Source: a virus
Lineage: Duplodnaviria; Caudoviricetes
Length of the DNA: 59,110 bases
Strand: one strand, 5' to 3'
IMG/VR virus record: IMGVR_UViG_3300025626_000029
Location: 1-59,110 of that record
Below, in pieces: positions 17,508 through 29,719 of this stretch. Position 1 is the first letter of the stretch. The number at the start of each line of letters is the position of its first letter. The position numbers were made by a program, and so were the translations under genes. The notes below the pieces were generated by a model. That model was not told where the DNA came from. It did not search any database and saw nothing but the letters and a program-made list of their open reading frames with translations.

Positions 17508-20500
17508 ATGGCAATAAAGTTTCTCAATAGTTTAAATGCAGACTCTGGTGTTCTGTATGTAGATGCAAATAGCAACAGAGTAGGTATTGGCACAACGAGT
17601 CCTGCTGTAGGATTAGATGTTAGACCCCTTGCAAGATTCTGGCACGGTTCAACAAGCCACTTCACTCAGTTCTCTAACGGTAATGAGATAAATACCTTTA
17701 ACTCATCAGGAGGTAGCACTGTAATGTATTTACAATACAGAAGTGGTAGTTTAAATGTTGGTGCTGGAACTTTAATTGTTCAAAGTGGTAACGGTAACGT
17801 AGGTATAGGTACAACTAGTCCAGCAGCTAAGTTAGAAGTTGTTGCGTCCACATCAGGATCAATAAAATTTACTCAAGGCGCTAACGCTTACCAGCAGCAG
17901 ATAGAAACTACTGGTCATACTATATTTCAAAGACCTGATAATCATATATTTCAGGTTAAAAGGGGTACGACTACCGACATGTATATCCAGTCAAATGGCA
18001 ACGTAGGTATTGGTACTACTAATCCATTAGAGAGGTTACATATAAACGGTGCAATCAAATTAGATCAGAGCGCTAATGTAGTCGGCAATGGTATTGCACA
18101 CCATACAAATGGTTACCTATATGTAACAGGTGGTACTGCAGGAGCTGCAATAGGTAATGATTCTTATAGTAGCGCAGTATATGCATTAGACAACGGCTCT
18201 TTAGAACTGTATGCAGGAAGTTCAAACAGGCTTCATATCACTTCTGGAGGCAACGTTGGTATTGGACTTACAAACCCTTCTCAAAAATTACACGTTGACG
18301 GAAACATAAAAGCAAACGGTAGCGTAAGTGTAACCAATATCGTTACAAATAGAATTGTTAAATTTAACGGAAGTGTTCTTGATGATTCTTTGTTATACGA
18401 TAATGGTACAAGTATTGGTTTAGGAACTACATCGCCAAACCCTTGGGCTCAATTAGAAACTAGTGGTACTGTAGCTGTAGGAGGAATACTATATGTTAAG
18501 TCTAGTCAAAAAATTCAAGGTCTAACAGGATTTCCTGGTAGTGCTGGTAATTTATCAATCAACCCAGATGGAGGTAACGTAGGTATTGGGACAACTAGTC
18601 CATCTTATAAATTAGATGTAAACGGGGAGGGTAGGATTACAGGTATGACTTTTACAGCTTCAGGAGCTACAAGAGCAATATCTACACATTCATCTGCGGG
18701 TCAATTACAATTAAATGGTGGTACTTCTGCAACAACTGGTGCATATATTAATATAGCTGGAGACTCTTACTCTACTGGTGATTATGTTGAGATAATAGCA
18801 GGAAGAACATATTTTACAGGCAACGTAGGTATTGGTACTTCTAGTCCAGAGCAAAAGCTCCACCTTTCAGGAAACTTTCTATTACAGAACAACAAAGAAA
18901 TAAGATTTAAGGACACTGGAGGAACTCAAAGAACAATTACAAGAGTAAATTCTTCAAATGAATTAGAAATTGGTTGGAGTGGTAGTGGTCCTGTTAAGTT
19001 TATGGGTGGAGGTTCCTATACAGAGCGTATGCGTATCCACACTGATGGTAATGTAGGTATTGGTAAAACAAACCCAGTTCGCACTTTAGATATTAATGGG
19101 TCTTTCTTAGCTAGAACAGCTAGTACAAATTTAGAGTATAACAATGGCGTTATATATCACGGAGGAAGTTATTACCAATTTTCAAGTGGTTCAAACTACT
19201 TGCTATACGGGCGCTCTGGAATGGGCTTGGTATTTGGTTCAAATGATTCTGAAGCAGCTAGATTTGATTTATCAGGTAATCTAGGTATTGGGACTACTTC
19301 GCCCACAGCGGCATTACACGTTCAGAAAGCTATTAACGGAGGATTTGCAGGAACCATATACAATACTCAAGCCACAGGCGGGTTTGGATTAAGCGTAAGA
19401 GGGGGTAACTCATCTGCTGAAGACGCATTAAGAGTGCAAAATGTAGGCGGAACGTATTTACTAAATGTTAAAGGCAACGGTAACGTAGGTATAGGAACTA
19501 CTAGTCCTCAAACTAATTTAGATGTATTCTCAGGCACAGGTGGTACATTAAGATTAGGTACATCAGACACTGTTGTATTAGGTGGAGACACTATAGGAAG
19601 AATAGAATTTTTCTCTTCAGATGCTACTAATACAAATAGTGGACTAGGAGCTTTTATTGACCTTGTAGCAGACGGAAGTCAAGATCATTTTAATCCTAAT
19701 GGAGATTTGCGTTTTGGTACATCATATGCTTCAGCATCAGCTGCCACAACGAGGATGACCATAAAGGGTAATGGTAACGTAGGCATTGGAACAACTAGTC
19801 CTTCTGAGAAGTTAGAGGTTCTAGGCGACATCAGATTTGGAGGATCAACTAATGGAGATTGGGCTGTATTAGAATACGGAACAAAGTCAATACAGTTCAC
19901 ACAATCTAACGCAGGATCTGGAGGTCACGAAATGAAATTTAGAACTCCAGGATGGAGTACGGATGCATTTATATACACAAACGGAAGCACAGAAAGATTC
20001 CGTATTACTGGTACTGGTAACGTAGGTATTGGGACTACAAGTCCTTCTGCTAAATTACACGTAGACGGAGATGTCCGTATCACCGGAGCATACTACGACT
20101 CAAATAACTCAGCAGGTACATCAGGTCAAGTTCTTTCTTCTACAGCTACAGGAACAGATTGGGTAAGCTTATCTGAGATTCAAGGTGTAGACGGTAGCGG
20201 TACTACTAATTATATTGCTAAGTGGAGTGATACTGATACAATTGCTAATTCTGTTATTTATGATAATGGGACTGACGTAGGTATTGGAACTACTAGTCCA
20301 AATGTTGAGTTAGCAGTTTATCAAACCAGTACTCCAAGACTACACCTACAAAATTCAACAAGTGGAACTGCTTACAATAAAGGATTTCAATTAGCATTAA
20401 GTGATAATGATGGTTATTTATGGAATTGGCAAAACGGTTCTACAATTTTTGGAACCAATAATACCGAACGTATGCGCATTACTAGCGCAGGTAATGTTGG

Positions 20501-21680
20501 TATTGGTACTACATCACCAAACGGAAAACTTCACGTTTATGGAGGTAGGCTTGTATTAGATAATATAGCAACAGCTCAAACGGCTATACAATTTAACTCA
20601 GCAGGTTCTGAGAAGATAGTGATGTATAGACCAACTAGTACAGAGGATTTCAGGATATATACTCCAGCTGCCGGTGACGCTTTTACCTTATTACAATCGG
20701 GCAACGTAGGTATTGGTACTACTAGCCCACAACAAAAACTTGATGTTAATGGAAATATAGGTCTTAGTGGTAATGGTACCGGAAATAGGTGGATTTTATT
20801 AAATGAAACTAATACATATGCTGGAACTTTAAGAATACAAGCAGGAGGAGGTAGCGCAGGTTATGGTGGTGCTATAAATATGTACGGTCACTCTCACGCT
20901 ACTAATCCCGGAGATGTTGCTGTAGGAATATCTAATGGGTCTGGGGGTTCATTTAGAGTAAATAGCACAGGAATAGATACAGGCACAGATTTATTTATAG
21001 TAAAATCATCAGGCAACGTAGGTATTGGGACTACTAGTCCTTCTTATAAGCTAGATGTTCAAGGCAATGCTGGATTAGCTACTATTAACACTAATGGAGC
21101 GATACAAGCCGGTGGGCAGTTTATTTCTGGTGCTGGTGAATTCGTGTCTAGTAGTTCGGGAACAGATGTGAATTTTAGAGCGGGTTCAACGCACCTTATG
21201 GTTCTAAAAACATCAGGTAACGTTGGTATTGGGACAACATCGCCTTCTGAAAAGCTTGAGGTAGACGGTAATGTAAAAGCTAACAGCTTCATCGGAGGCA
21301 ATGAGGCAGGTATCTACACCTTTAATGATACAGTCAATGCTAGTGCTTCAGAAGACATCTTTAGCATATCTAATCAACACGGTGCGCAGGCATTTAGAGT
21401 CACCTTTGTGTGTAGTACAAGTTCTTATTCTGTAGCTAAAACATTTGAAGTGGTACATTCTCACGGAATTGACCCTGTGTTCTTTAAAGTGGTAGACACA
21501 GGCGCTTTTGGAGGTCACGACTTTGATGTAAGTTTTGCAACAGAAGCAGGTGGTGGAGCGGCAAATAACAACAAAATCATTTGTACCATCACAAACAACT
21601 CCACAACTGTCAACGCAGACATTGCAACAACCGTCTTCTTGGGTGGTTCACCAACAACAATAACAGTAACAGCTTTATAA
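17508..21680 (+). CDS. Long tail fibre with GNVGIGTTSP repeats
   Basis: About 17 G(N)VGIGTxxP units separated by variable modules. Confidence 0.85.
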   Translation: MAIKFLNSLNADSGVLYVDANSNRVGIGTTSPAVGLDVRPLARFWHGSTSHFTQFSNGNEINTFNSSGGSTVMYLQYRSGSLNVGAGTLIVQSGNGNVGIGTTSPAAKLEVVASTSGSIKFTQGANAYQQQIETTGHTIFQRPDNHIFQVKRGTTTDMYIQSNGNVGIGTTNPLERLHINGAIKLDQSANVVGNGIAHHTNGYLYVTGGTAGAAIGNDSYSSAVYALDNGSLELYAGSSNRLHITSGGNVGIGLTNPSQKLHVDGNIKANGSVSVTNIVTNRIVKFNGSVLDDSLLYDNGTSIGLGTTSPNPWAQLETSGTVAVGGILYVKSSQKIQGLTGFPGSAGNLSINPDGGNVGIGTTSPSYKLDVNGEGRITGMTFTASGATRAISTHSSAGQLQLNGGTSATTGAYINIAGDSYSTGDYVEIIAGRTYFTGNVGIGTSSPEQKLHLSGNFLLQNNKEIRFKDTGGTQRTITRVNSSNELEIGWSGSGPVKFMGGGSYTERMRIHTDGNVGIGKTNPVRTLDINGSFLARTASTNLEYNNGVIYHGGSYYQFSSGSNYLLYGRSGMGLVFGSNDSEAARFDLSGNLGIGTTSPTAALHVQKAINGGFAGTIYNTQATGGFGLSVRGGNSSAEDALRVQNVGGTYLLNVKGNGNVGIGTTSPQTNLDVFSGTGGTLRLGTSDTVVLGGDTIGRIEFFSSDATNTNSGLGAFIDLVADGSQDHFNPNGDLRFGTSYASASAATTRMTIKGNGNVGIGTTSPSEKLEVLGDIRFGGSTNGDWAVLEYGTKSIQFTQSNAGSGGHEMKFRTPGWSTDAFIYTNGSTERFRITGTGNVGIGTTSPSAKLHVDGDVRITGAYYDSNNSAGTSGQVLSSTATGTDWVSLSEIQGVDGSGTTNYIAKWSDTDTIANSVIYDNGTDVGIGTTSPNVELAVYQTSTPRLHLQNSTSGTAYNKGFQLALSDNDGYLWNWQNGSTIFGTNNTERMRITSAGNVGIGTTSPNGKLHVYGGRLVLDNIATAQTAIQFNSAGSEKIVMYRPTSTEDFRIYTPAAGDAFTLLQSGNVGIGTTSPQQKLDVNGNIGLSGNGTGNRWILLNETNTYAGTLRIQAGGGSAGYGGAINMYGHSHATNPGDVAVGISNGSGGSFRVNSTGIDTGTDLFIVKSSGNVGIGTTSPSYKLDVQGNAGLATINTNGAIQAGGQFISGAGEFVSSSSGTDVNFRAGSTHLMVLKTSGNVGIGTTSPSEKLEVDGNVKANSFIGGNEAGIYTFNDTVNASASEDIFSISNQHGAQAFRVTFVCSTSSYSVAKTFEVVHSHGIDPVFFKVVDTGAFGGHDFDVSFATEAGGGAANNNKIICTITNNSTTVNADIATTVFLGGSPTTITVTAL

Positions 21681-21688
21681 AATAAGAT

Positions 21689-24600
21689 ATGGCAATCACG
21701 TTTAATCACAACGATCAGGTATACGTAAAGGACGGTAAACTAGGTATTGGAACTGCTAGTCCAGCAGCTAAGTTAGAGGTGCTTAGCGGTGGCGGTATTC
21801 ATATAACCGATGACTCATTAGGGAGGACTTTAATAATAAAGCCAAGCTTATCGGGAGCTGTACACGAGTTTACTAGCGACAACACTGCAGCTGGGTATTC
21901 TTTTTCTAATAACTCATCCGAATTTATGCGTATTGCCGCAGACGGCAACGTTGGTATTGGAACTACTAGTCCTTCTTACAAACTGCACGTAGATGGAGAT
22001 ATTGGTATAAACGCTAACGATGCATTTAAAGCTAGGTATGATACTAATGAAAACTACCACGGTTCATTTAGATGGTCAGGCTACAATTAGGTAATAACGG
22101 AGCTAATAAGATTATAGCTGGTAGAACAGGCACAGCCGGGTATTTTCAGTTCTACGTAAACAATACAAACGATGCTTCAGATTATAATGTAACCCCAGAC
22201 GGTACTAAAATCTTAACATTAGCAGCTGATGGTACATCAACATTTACTGCAGGCAACGTAGGTATTGGAACTACTAGTCCAGCAGCTAAGTTGCATATAA
22301 AGATAAATGATTCTGGTGCTACTCCTATATCTCAACAACACTTAGTATTAGAACATAACTCAGCAACTGGATTAGGTATATTAACAACATCATCCACTTC
22401 TGGATATATTTTCTTTGGAGATGAAAATGATGCTCAACGTGGGTATATTTCATATAATCATCCTACTGATGATATGACTTTTAAAGTAGCTGGGTCTGAA
22501 AGGATGCGTATCATTAATAACGGCAACGTAGGTATTGGGACTACTAGTCCAGCCCATCCCTTGCACGTAAACGGTGCGGCTAGACTACAGGGGGCATTAG
22601 AAGTAAACTATGGGGTAAGCACTGCTGATGCAGCAATTAACGTAGGTGTATCTAGGACAGATAGCGGCTATGCTTACTTAGATTTAATTGGAGACACAAC
22701 ATACACCGATTATGGGTTAAGAGTAATCAGAGGAAACTCTGGAGCAAACGCCTCTTCTCAAATAAATCATAGAGGAACAGGAGATTTTGAATTTCGTGCG
22801 TTAGAGGCAGCGAATATTACATTTGATACTAACGCTACTGAAAGAATGCGTATTACTTCAGCAGGTAACGTAGGTATTGGAACTGCTAGTCCGACTTCAC
22901 AGTTTACCATCTCTGACCCAACTGCACCAACACTAGAGTTTAACCGTCAGGGTTCAACTGCTAATGGGTGGATAAAAACAACAGATAGTTCTCAAAACGT
23001 AGAAGCTGCTATTCAAATGTACGGAAACGAAGTGCGTTTGTTTACAAATGGAGAAAGTAACCAGAGAATGATGATAGACGCTTCTGGCAACGTTGGTATC
23101 GGGACGACAGCGCCTGTAAGTTTAGTACACGCAAGCAATGGAAATTATAGGGTTTCTAATGAGACTGCTGCAACTTTTAGGGGTTATGTTTTTGGAGCAA
23201 CTGCGGGCGACTCTACGGAATATAGTTACTTAAAATGGGAGCCTCAAGGAGGAGAATTGAGACTATGGAATAATCCGGCAGCATTTGGTGGATTTTTTAG
23301 TATTTATACAAACGCTGTAGAACGCTTACGCATCACCAGCGCAGGCAACATAGGTATTGGTACTACTGCACCAAATCATAAACTTGATGTTTCGGGTGTT
23401 ATTATGGGTAGAAGTGGTATTTCTACTTACGGATACCATAGAACAATTCCGGTATATTCTTATAGCAACGGAATTCTTATAGCTACTAATATCGCTACTT
23501 CTGACAATAATATGATTCAGTTAGAAGTTAGCGGAAATACATATTCAAACGGTACTCCTTTAAAAGCTCAATATCAGTGTTATAACTACACCAGTAGTGG
23601 AACATTTATTAGAAACTACGGCATTTCAACTCATCCAGAATTAGAGGTAGATGTTTTTCATTACAATGGATACGTTTACTTTTGGATGGAGCAGGTAAGC
23701 GATTTTAATACATTAACGTTTGAATTGTATTCTGGACTGTACAGTGATAGAAGAATAACTCAAACAAGCAACTCTGCTAAACCAACAACCGGAGTAACTA
23801 ATAGTGTAACTATTGTTCCTAAGTCTTGGTGGCACAGTGGAAATGATGGTACTGGTAGCGGATTAGATGCTGACTTACTAGATGGATTAGAAGCAACAGC
23901 TTTTGCAACTGCAGCACAAGGAACTAAAGCAGATACTGCACACGGATGGGGTGACCATTCTACTGAAGGATATGCACCTTTAGCTTCACCTGCTTTAACC
24001 GGTACACCAACAGCACCAACAGCAGGATCTACTACAAACAACACACAGCTTGCTACAACAGCTTTTGTACAAACTGCGGTATCAAACCTTGTTGACTCTG
24101 CTCCAGGTACGTTAGACACGCTTAATGAGCTTGCAGCTGCATTAGGTGACGATGCTAACTTTAGTACTACAATGACTACAGCATTGGGTAATAGATTACG
24201 TATTGATACTAATGCTCAAGGTCTAAACGCAACTCAACAAGCTAATGGTCGTACTAACCTAGGGCTGGGTACGGCTGCTACTTCGGCATCAACAGACTTT
24301 GTTTCAGCAACTGCTGATGATACAATGGCTGGAAAGTTAACTATTCAGAAAGTTTCTTCAAGTGTAAGTCAAGGTTCGTTTAGTCATTCAAATGCTCATT
24401 TAGATTTATACAATAGTTGGGAATCTAATACAGACCAAAAGGGTTCTATAATTACGTTTACCGACAATTATTACGATGGAAGTAATTACATTAAAACCAC
24501 AAGAGCAGCAATAAAAGGAGGAACTGACACTGTAGGTAATACTGCTGATGGTTATTTAGAGTTTTACACAGACTCTGCTGGAGCTAATTCTCCAAGTCTT

Positions 24601-27564
24601 GCATTAAGGTTAGATAGAAATCAAAACGCTACTTTCTCTGGAACTATAACAGCCACTGGAGGAAACTCTACTAACTGGAACACAGCTTACGGCTGGGGCA
24701 ATCACGGATCAGCTGGATACATAACATCGCAACGTGCTATAAGCAGTACTCCTACAGATGGTGCTACCACAACAGCTATAAGTTCTGATTGGGCGTTTGA
24801 TAATGTTAAGACTGCTGTGCCTGCTAATGCTGTGTTTACAGATACAGTGAATACTTTTGATGGTGCATATACTTCTTTGACTGGGCTGCCAACATTAGGA
24901 ACTGCAGCTGCAACTGCTTCTACTGACTTTGCAACTGCTGCTCAAGGAACAAAGGCTGACAATGCCTTACCAATTTCAGCTGGTTCAACAAAACCTTTGA
25001 GTGACAATCTTCATTTTAGCGCAGCTGCTTCATATATATTTGGCGGTGACGATGAGATATTAGCAGGACAAGATGGTAGTGCATATTACTACGCAACAGG
25101 TAATGGTCAAAATTTAACAAAGCCTGTTTTTATCGGTGACAATAACGCATATATCAGATTTAATTCTGGTAATTCAGAAAAGATGCGTATTACAAATGCG
25201 GGCAACGTTGGTATTGGCACTACTGGTCCTGCTAAAAGGCTATCTGTAGAAACAAGCGATACTGCTACATATGACCCTACAATCAACGCTTCTGAGATTA
25301 GTGTATCTAGAAAGAACAGTAGCAATACAGCAGGTCAGGTAGCTGCAATCAGTCTTAATGCAACCGGTTGGTCAGGACAAACTACGGGTGTAGTAGTCCT
25401 TAATGCTATAGCACGTCAAGGAAACTTTAGTAATGCAGACTTTGCCATTCAGAACAGAGTTGGTGGGAGTTTTGTAGAAACATTTAGAATTACTACATAC
25501 GGTAATGTAGGGATTGGTACTGATACTCCAGACGACAATATAAATACTGGGACTTATTTTAAACCAGATAGTGGTGGTAGATTCTTAACAGTAAAGGACA
25601 GTTCAGGTTCTTTTATAATGTTAGAAAGCAGTACAACCACAGATGATGACCAAATAGGTGGGATATACTTTAACAACACAGTCGGTCAAGCAGATGCTCA
25701 CGTACACGTAGCGGGGATTGATGCTATTCTACACAAACACGGTACAAATGATGCACTTAGTGGTGGAGATTTAAGATTCTTTACTAAGCCCTCTGGAAGC
25801 GGGATAAACGGTCCTAGGATGGTTATTTTGCAGAATGGCAACGTAGGTATTGGGACGACTAATCCTGGTAAGAAATTGGATGTAAACGGAGAAGCAAGAG
25901 TAAATAGTATTTTAACTTTAAACAGAGCAAGTGCAGCTAGTTTAAAATTTTCCAGAGGTAGTGACTTTTATTTAGGCATAGATGATTCAGGGAATTTAAA
26001 CTTTTTAAACAACGCAGCTTCTAGTTTAGGTGTTTGGCAAAATACAGGTAACGTAGGAATTGGAACTACTAGTCCTTCTACAAAACTACACATAGATAGT
26101 GTTGATGGTAGTTCAAACAGAACCTCTCCGTTTAATGTATTGACAATAGAAGCAGAAAGTGGTACACTACCTTATACTGGTTTCGGTGGTGGTATTGTAT
26201 TTAAGAACAGAACCTACACCTACGGAATGCTGACCTCAGCTAGAATACGTAGTGTTATAGATGCTGACTCTGCATCAAATAGAGGAGCTGGACTAACTTT
26301 TGAAACTACTGATGTAAATCAAAACTACATTAGCGCTATTTCTCTGAAGTACAACGGGGCTATACAGTTCCCACAGTACGGAGCAGGCTTCCTAGTAACA
26401 GACGCAAATGGTAATATATCTTCAGATACTAATACCTACCTAACATCCGTAGCATTCTCAGACTTAACAACCACACCAACTACAATAGCTGGTTATGGAA
26501 TTACTGATGCACTACAGATAGGAACTACAGCAACAACAGCTTTAGCCGGTGATACTTCTATACCTGCAAGCGGTACTGATTTTGATCCTGTAGGTACAGA
26601 TAATAGTACCGATGTAACTTTAGATACCAGCTCTTACGATTACCTTTCTATAAGTGGTCAAGAGATTACGTTAGGGCAGATTGATTACGATGCTGATATA
26701 ACTAACCTACCTACACTTGGTACAGCTGCTGCGGCAGATACAGGTGACTTTGCAAGTGCGACTCAAGGGGCTACTGCTGATTCAGCGTTACAACCAGCAG
26801 ACATAATTACCTTTGCTGGTGATGGTGAAGGTCTTGTGCCAGACGGAACTTCAGCTGATGCTTCTAAATTCCTAAACGGAGATGCTGGATGGACAGTACC
26901 TACAAATACTGTAACAAGTGTAGGTGTATCTGGAGATTTATCTACTGGAAATATAACTCTTGCAGGAAGCGGTGATGTTACCGTAACTAAAAGCGGTGGT
27001 ACTATTACAATTGATTGCAGCGATACAGATACGCAGTATACAGCAGGAGCTGGTTTAGATTTAACTGGAACTTCATTCTCTATAGAGGCTGACTTGTCTT
27101 CAGATGTGCATACGATAGGTCGTGATGCAGATGACAAGTATGTAGTCAACACTACAAACCACGCTTGGTACTTGGATGGTGTGTTAGATATGCGCCTTGC
27201 AAACAACGGTACTCTTGATGTAGACGGTGATGTTGTTGCTTTCTCTACTGTTACAAACTCTGACCGCAGATTAAAGACGGACATAGAGACTATTGAGAAC
27301 GCTTCTGAGAAGGTTTCTAAGTTGCGTGGTGTATCTTACACTTGGGATCACGGTAAGCGCAAAGGACAGCGTGATATAGGTTTGATTGCTCAAGAGGTTG
27401 AAGAGGTTGTACCAGAGGTAGTAAGCGAAGGTCAGCTACTAGACGGAACAACAGCTAAACGAGTAGACTACGCTAAACTAGTTGGTTTACTTATTGAGTC
27501 CAACAAAGAGTTACAAGCTCAGGTTAATGAACTAAAAGATAGATTAGATGGCATTACAAAGTAG
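21689..27564 (+). CDS. Tail fibre with GNVGIGT repeats and C-terminal peptidase S74 intramolecular chaperone; split by a -1 frameshift at ~22080 into ORFs 21689-22090 and 22072-27564
   Basis: About 11 repeats over both ORFs; SDRRLKTDI...IGLIAQEVEEVVPEVV S74 motif; reads ...FRWSG/LQLGNNG across the junction if one base is restored. Confidence 0.8.
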
Positions 27565-28453
27565 TGGACAAATAAAAATATCAGAAATAAAAGCAGAGTT
27601 AGGGTCTTCAAGCAACAGCTTGAGGGCGTTATCTGCTGCCGCTAATCTAAGTGTACCAGATGCAATGTCTGAGTTCTACGGATTCTCTGCCGCTAAATAT
27701 TACTGGGATTTGAGTAATGATATTAAGTGGGACTCTGCTACAGACAAACCACTACAGACTGCTGAAGAAAGTTTTGCTATGTCATTATGGATTAGACCGC
27801 AATGGACTGCTACAGATTTAAACTTAATAATTTTTGATTTAACACCTTCTGGTACAACGTCAACAGCAAACCGATTCTTCCTTCAATACGACTACGGCTT
27901 AAACAGATTTATAGCAAGATACAGAAGCGATTCTCAAAACTTTGATAGACAGCTTGCCTTGCACGACAATAACTCAGCAACAGGAACAGGAACGAGTAGT
28001 TCTAACAATTGGACTGCTTCTAACAGAGGTAATGCAAACTCAGACGGATTTGTACATCTGTTTTTAACTTACAACGCCCCAGAACAAAGCCCTACAAATG
28101 CTTTTAAAATTTACTGGAACAACGTAGAGCTTACTTCAACAGCTGCGACAAGCACAGGGGCTAAAGACACAATGTCTTTAGACGAGCTTACATTCTGTGG
28201 TAACGACCACAACACTGGTGGTAGTAGAATTGCTGACTACATGTATATGCATATGTGGGATAGCATACCTACAGCTGCTAATATTACATCTATGTATAAT
28301 AGTGGTGACCCTATATCTGCATCAGACGCAGGTGTAACATCAAATCTAATCTTTGGAGATACCTCTGAGTCTGTACCTTCTGTTAATGCTGCTGATGACA
28401 GCGGGAACTATGACTTTGCTTCTGCTAATAGTCAGTCTGTAGTATCCTTATAA
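27548..28453 (+). CDS. Concanavalin A/LamG-like fibre-associated protein
   Basis: MALQSSGQIKISEI N-terminus; FAMSLWIRP...HLFLTYN...KIYWN LamG-like pattern. Confidence 0.6.
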   Translation: MALQSSGQIKISEIKAELGSSSNSLRALSAAANLSVPDAMSEFYGFSAAKYYWDLSNDIKWDSATDKPLQTAEESFAMSLWIRPQWTATDLNLIIFDLTPSGTTSTANRFFLQYDYGLNRFIARYRSDSQNFDRQLALHDNNSATGTGTSSSNNWTASNRGNANSDGFVHLFLTYNAPEQSPTNAFKIYWNNVELTSTAATSTGAKDTMSLDELTFCGNDHNTGGSRIADYMYMHMWDSIPTAANITSMYNSGDPISASDAGVTSNLIFGDTSESVPSVNAADDSGNYDFASANSQSVVSL

Positions 28454-28492
28454 ATTATTATCTTTGTAACGTTATAACAAAAACATTTATAA

Positions 28493-28876
28493 ATGGCAAA
28501 CACTTATTCTTGGGACTGTCGCACAGTAGATGCGTACCCAACACACACAGACGAGAACGGAGTAACCGAATCTCAAGTAGTTTACAATGTACACTGGCGT
28601 GTAACAGGAACAGACGGAACGCATAGCGCTACCTCTATTGGTACACAAACTCTAGAGACAGCTGACCTCTCAGGCTTTACAGCTTTTGATGCAGTAACTC
28701 ACGAGGATATGATTGCTTGGACTCAAGCAGCGTTAGGTGCAGAACGTGTAACTGAACTAGAGGTTTCTTTAGATTCTCAAATTGCAGAATTGGCAGTACC
28801 TTCGTCTGTAACTCTTACAATTGCAGAAGCTGTAGAACCTGTTGAAGCTCCTGCTGAAGAACCGACTGCCGAATAG
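28493..28876 (+). CDS. Tail-fibre-associated small protein
   Basis: YSW...VVYNVHWRVTG...FTAFDAVT; own promoter TATCTTTG at 28459-28466. Confidence 0.65.
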   Translation: MANTYSWDCRTVDAYPTHTDENGVTESQVVYNVHWRVTGTDGTHSATSIGTQTLETADLSGFTAFDAVTHEDMIAWTQAALGAERVTELEVSLDSQIAELAVPSSVTLTIAEAVEPVEAPAEEPTAE

Positions 28877-28938
28877 TCAGTTGATTAGATATTTGCATTA
28901 TCTTTGTATAAGTTAATTAACTTAAATATTTAAAGATT

Positions 28939-29196
28939 ATGGCTAACAAGGCTAAACTTACCGAAGAAGAATTGAAAGCAGTACAAACTGCTGTTTCTAA
29001 TCTTAACCAAGCGAAAACTATCCTTGGTGATGTAACTAATCAAGCATACAAAGCACAGCTACAAGTTAACTCTATGGAGGAAGCTATGGGTGCTGCTCAA
29101 AAAGAGCTTGAAGATAAGTACGGATCTATTACTGTTGACCTTACCACAGGTGAGTACGAAGAGGTAGTAGAAGAAGCTGAAACGGTAGAAGAGTAA
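28939..29196 (+). CDS. Small coiled-coil protein (possible fibre chaperone)
   Basis: Heptad pattern, LEDKYGSITVDLTTGE; promoter TATCTTTG at 28899-28906. Confidence 0.7.
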   Translation: MANKAKLTEEELKAVQTAVSNLNQAKTILGDVTNQAYKAQLQVNSMEEAMGAAQKELEDKYGSITVDLTTGEYEEVVEEAETVEE

Positions 29197-29221
29197 GACT
29201 CGCTTACACTATACTGATTAC

Positions 29222-29254
29222 GAGAGGGTTACAGAAATGTAGCCCTCTTTTTTT
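29222..29254 (+). terminator. Rho-independent terminator, followed by -7 element TATCTTTG (29256-29263)
   Basis: gagggttaca-gaaa-tgtagccctc + T tract. Confidence 0.85.
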
Positions 29255-29267
29255 ATATCTTTGCTAA

Positions 29268-29561
29268 ATGAAAGCGAAGAAGAAAGACTCACGTTTGAAA
29301 AGTGCAGGGGTATCTGGTTACAATAAGCCTAAGCGTACACCTAGCCACCCTAAAAAGTCACACGTTGTAGTGGCTAAAGTCGGAGATAAGGTTAAGACTA
29401 TACGTTTTGGAGAGCAAGGCGCAAGCACTGCTGGTAAGCCTAAGTCTGGTGAGTCAGATCGTATGAAGAAGAAACGTGCATCATTTAAAGCACGTCATCG
29501 CAAGAATATAGCTAAAGGTAAAATGTCCGCAGCATACTGGGCTAATAAGGTTAAATGGTAA
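29268..29561 (+). CDS. Small basic phage protein
   Basis: KSHVVVAK...IRFGEQG...RASFKARH...SAAYWANKVKW. Confidence 0.75.
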   Translation: MKAKKKDSRLKSAGVSGYNKPKRTPSHPKKSHVVVAKVGDKVKTIRFGEQGASTAGKPKSGESDRMKKKRASFKARHRKNIAKGKMSAAYWANKVKW

Positions 29562-29719
29562 TGAACGAAACCGATATCAGACTACTAATACTCAACGCTA
29601 CTACATTTACTGTAAGTATGTCACAAATAGAAACAACACTAAAGCTGTTGTTATTAATAATATCAATAGGATACACAGCACAGCGTTGGTACTTTCTACG
29701 CAAAAATATAGACGAATGA
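29561..29719 (+). CDS. Holin-like small membrane protein (52 aa)
   Basis: Hand-translated MNETDIRLLILNATTFTVSMSQIETTLKLLLLIISIGYTAQRWYFLRKNIDE*; coupled at both ends (TAATG, ATGA). Confidence 0.6.
   Translation: MNETDIRLLILNATTFTVSMSQIETTLKLLLLIISIGYTAQRWYFLRKNIDE

Noticed and set aside
22025-22031. TTTAAAG as programmed -1 frameshift site for the split fibre
   Set aside because: It is out of phase, and the -1 frame has a stop at 22069-22071 downstream of it.
22088-22090. Stop-codon recoding (TAG read-through) as in some crAss-like phages
   Set aside because: Read-through meets another TAG within nine codons and gives no fibre-like sequence. All other genes are intact in the standard code.
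17508-28453. Diversity-generating retroelement or invertase-based fibre switching
   Set aside because: No reverse transcriptase, template/variable repeat pair, recombinase or inverted fibre cassette seen in the window.
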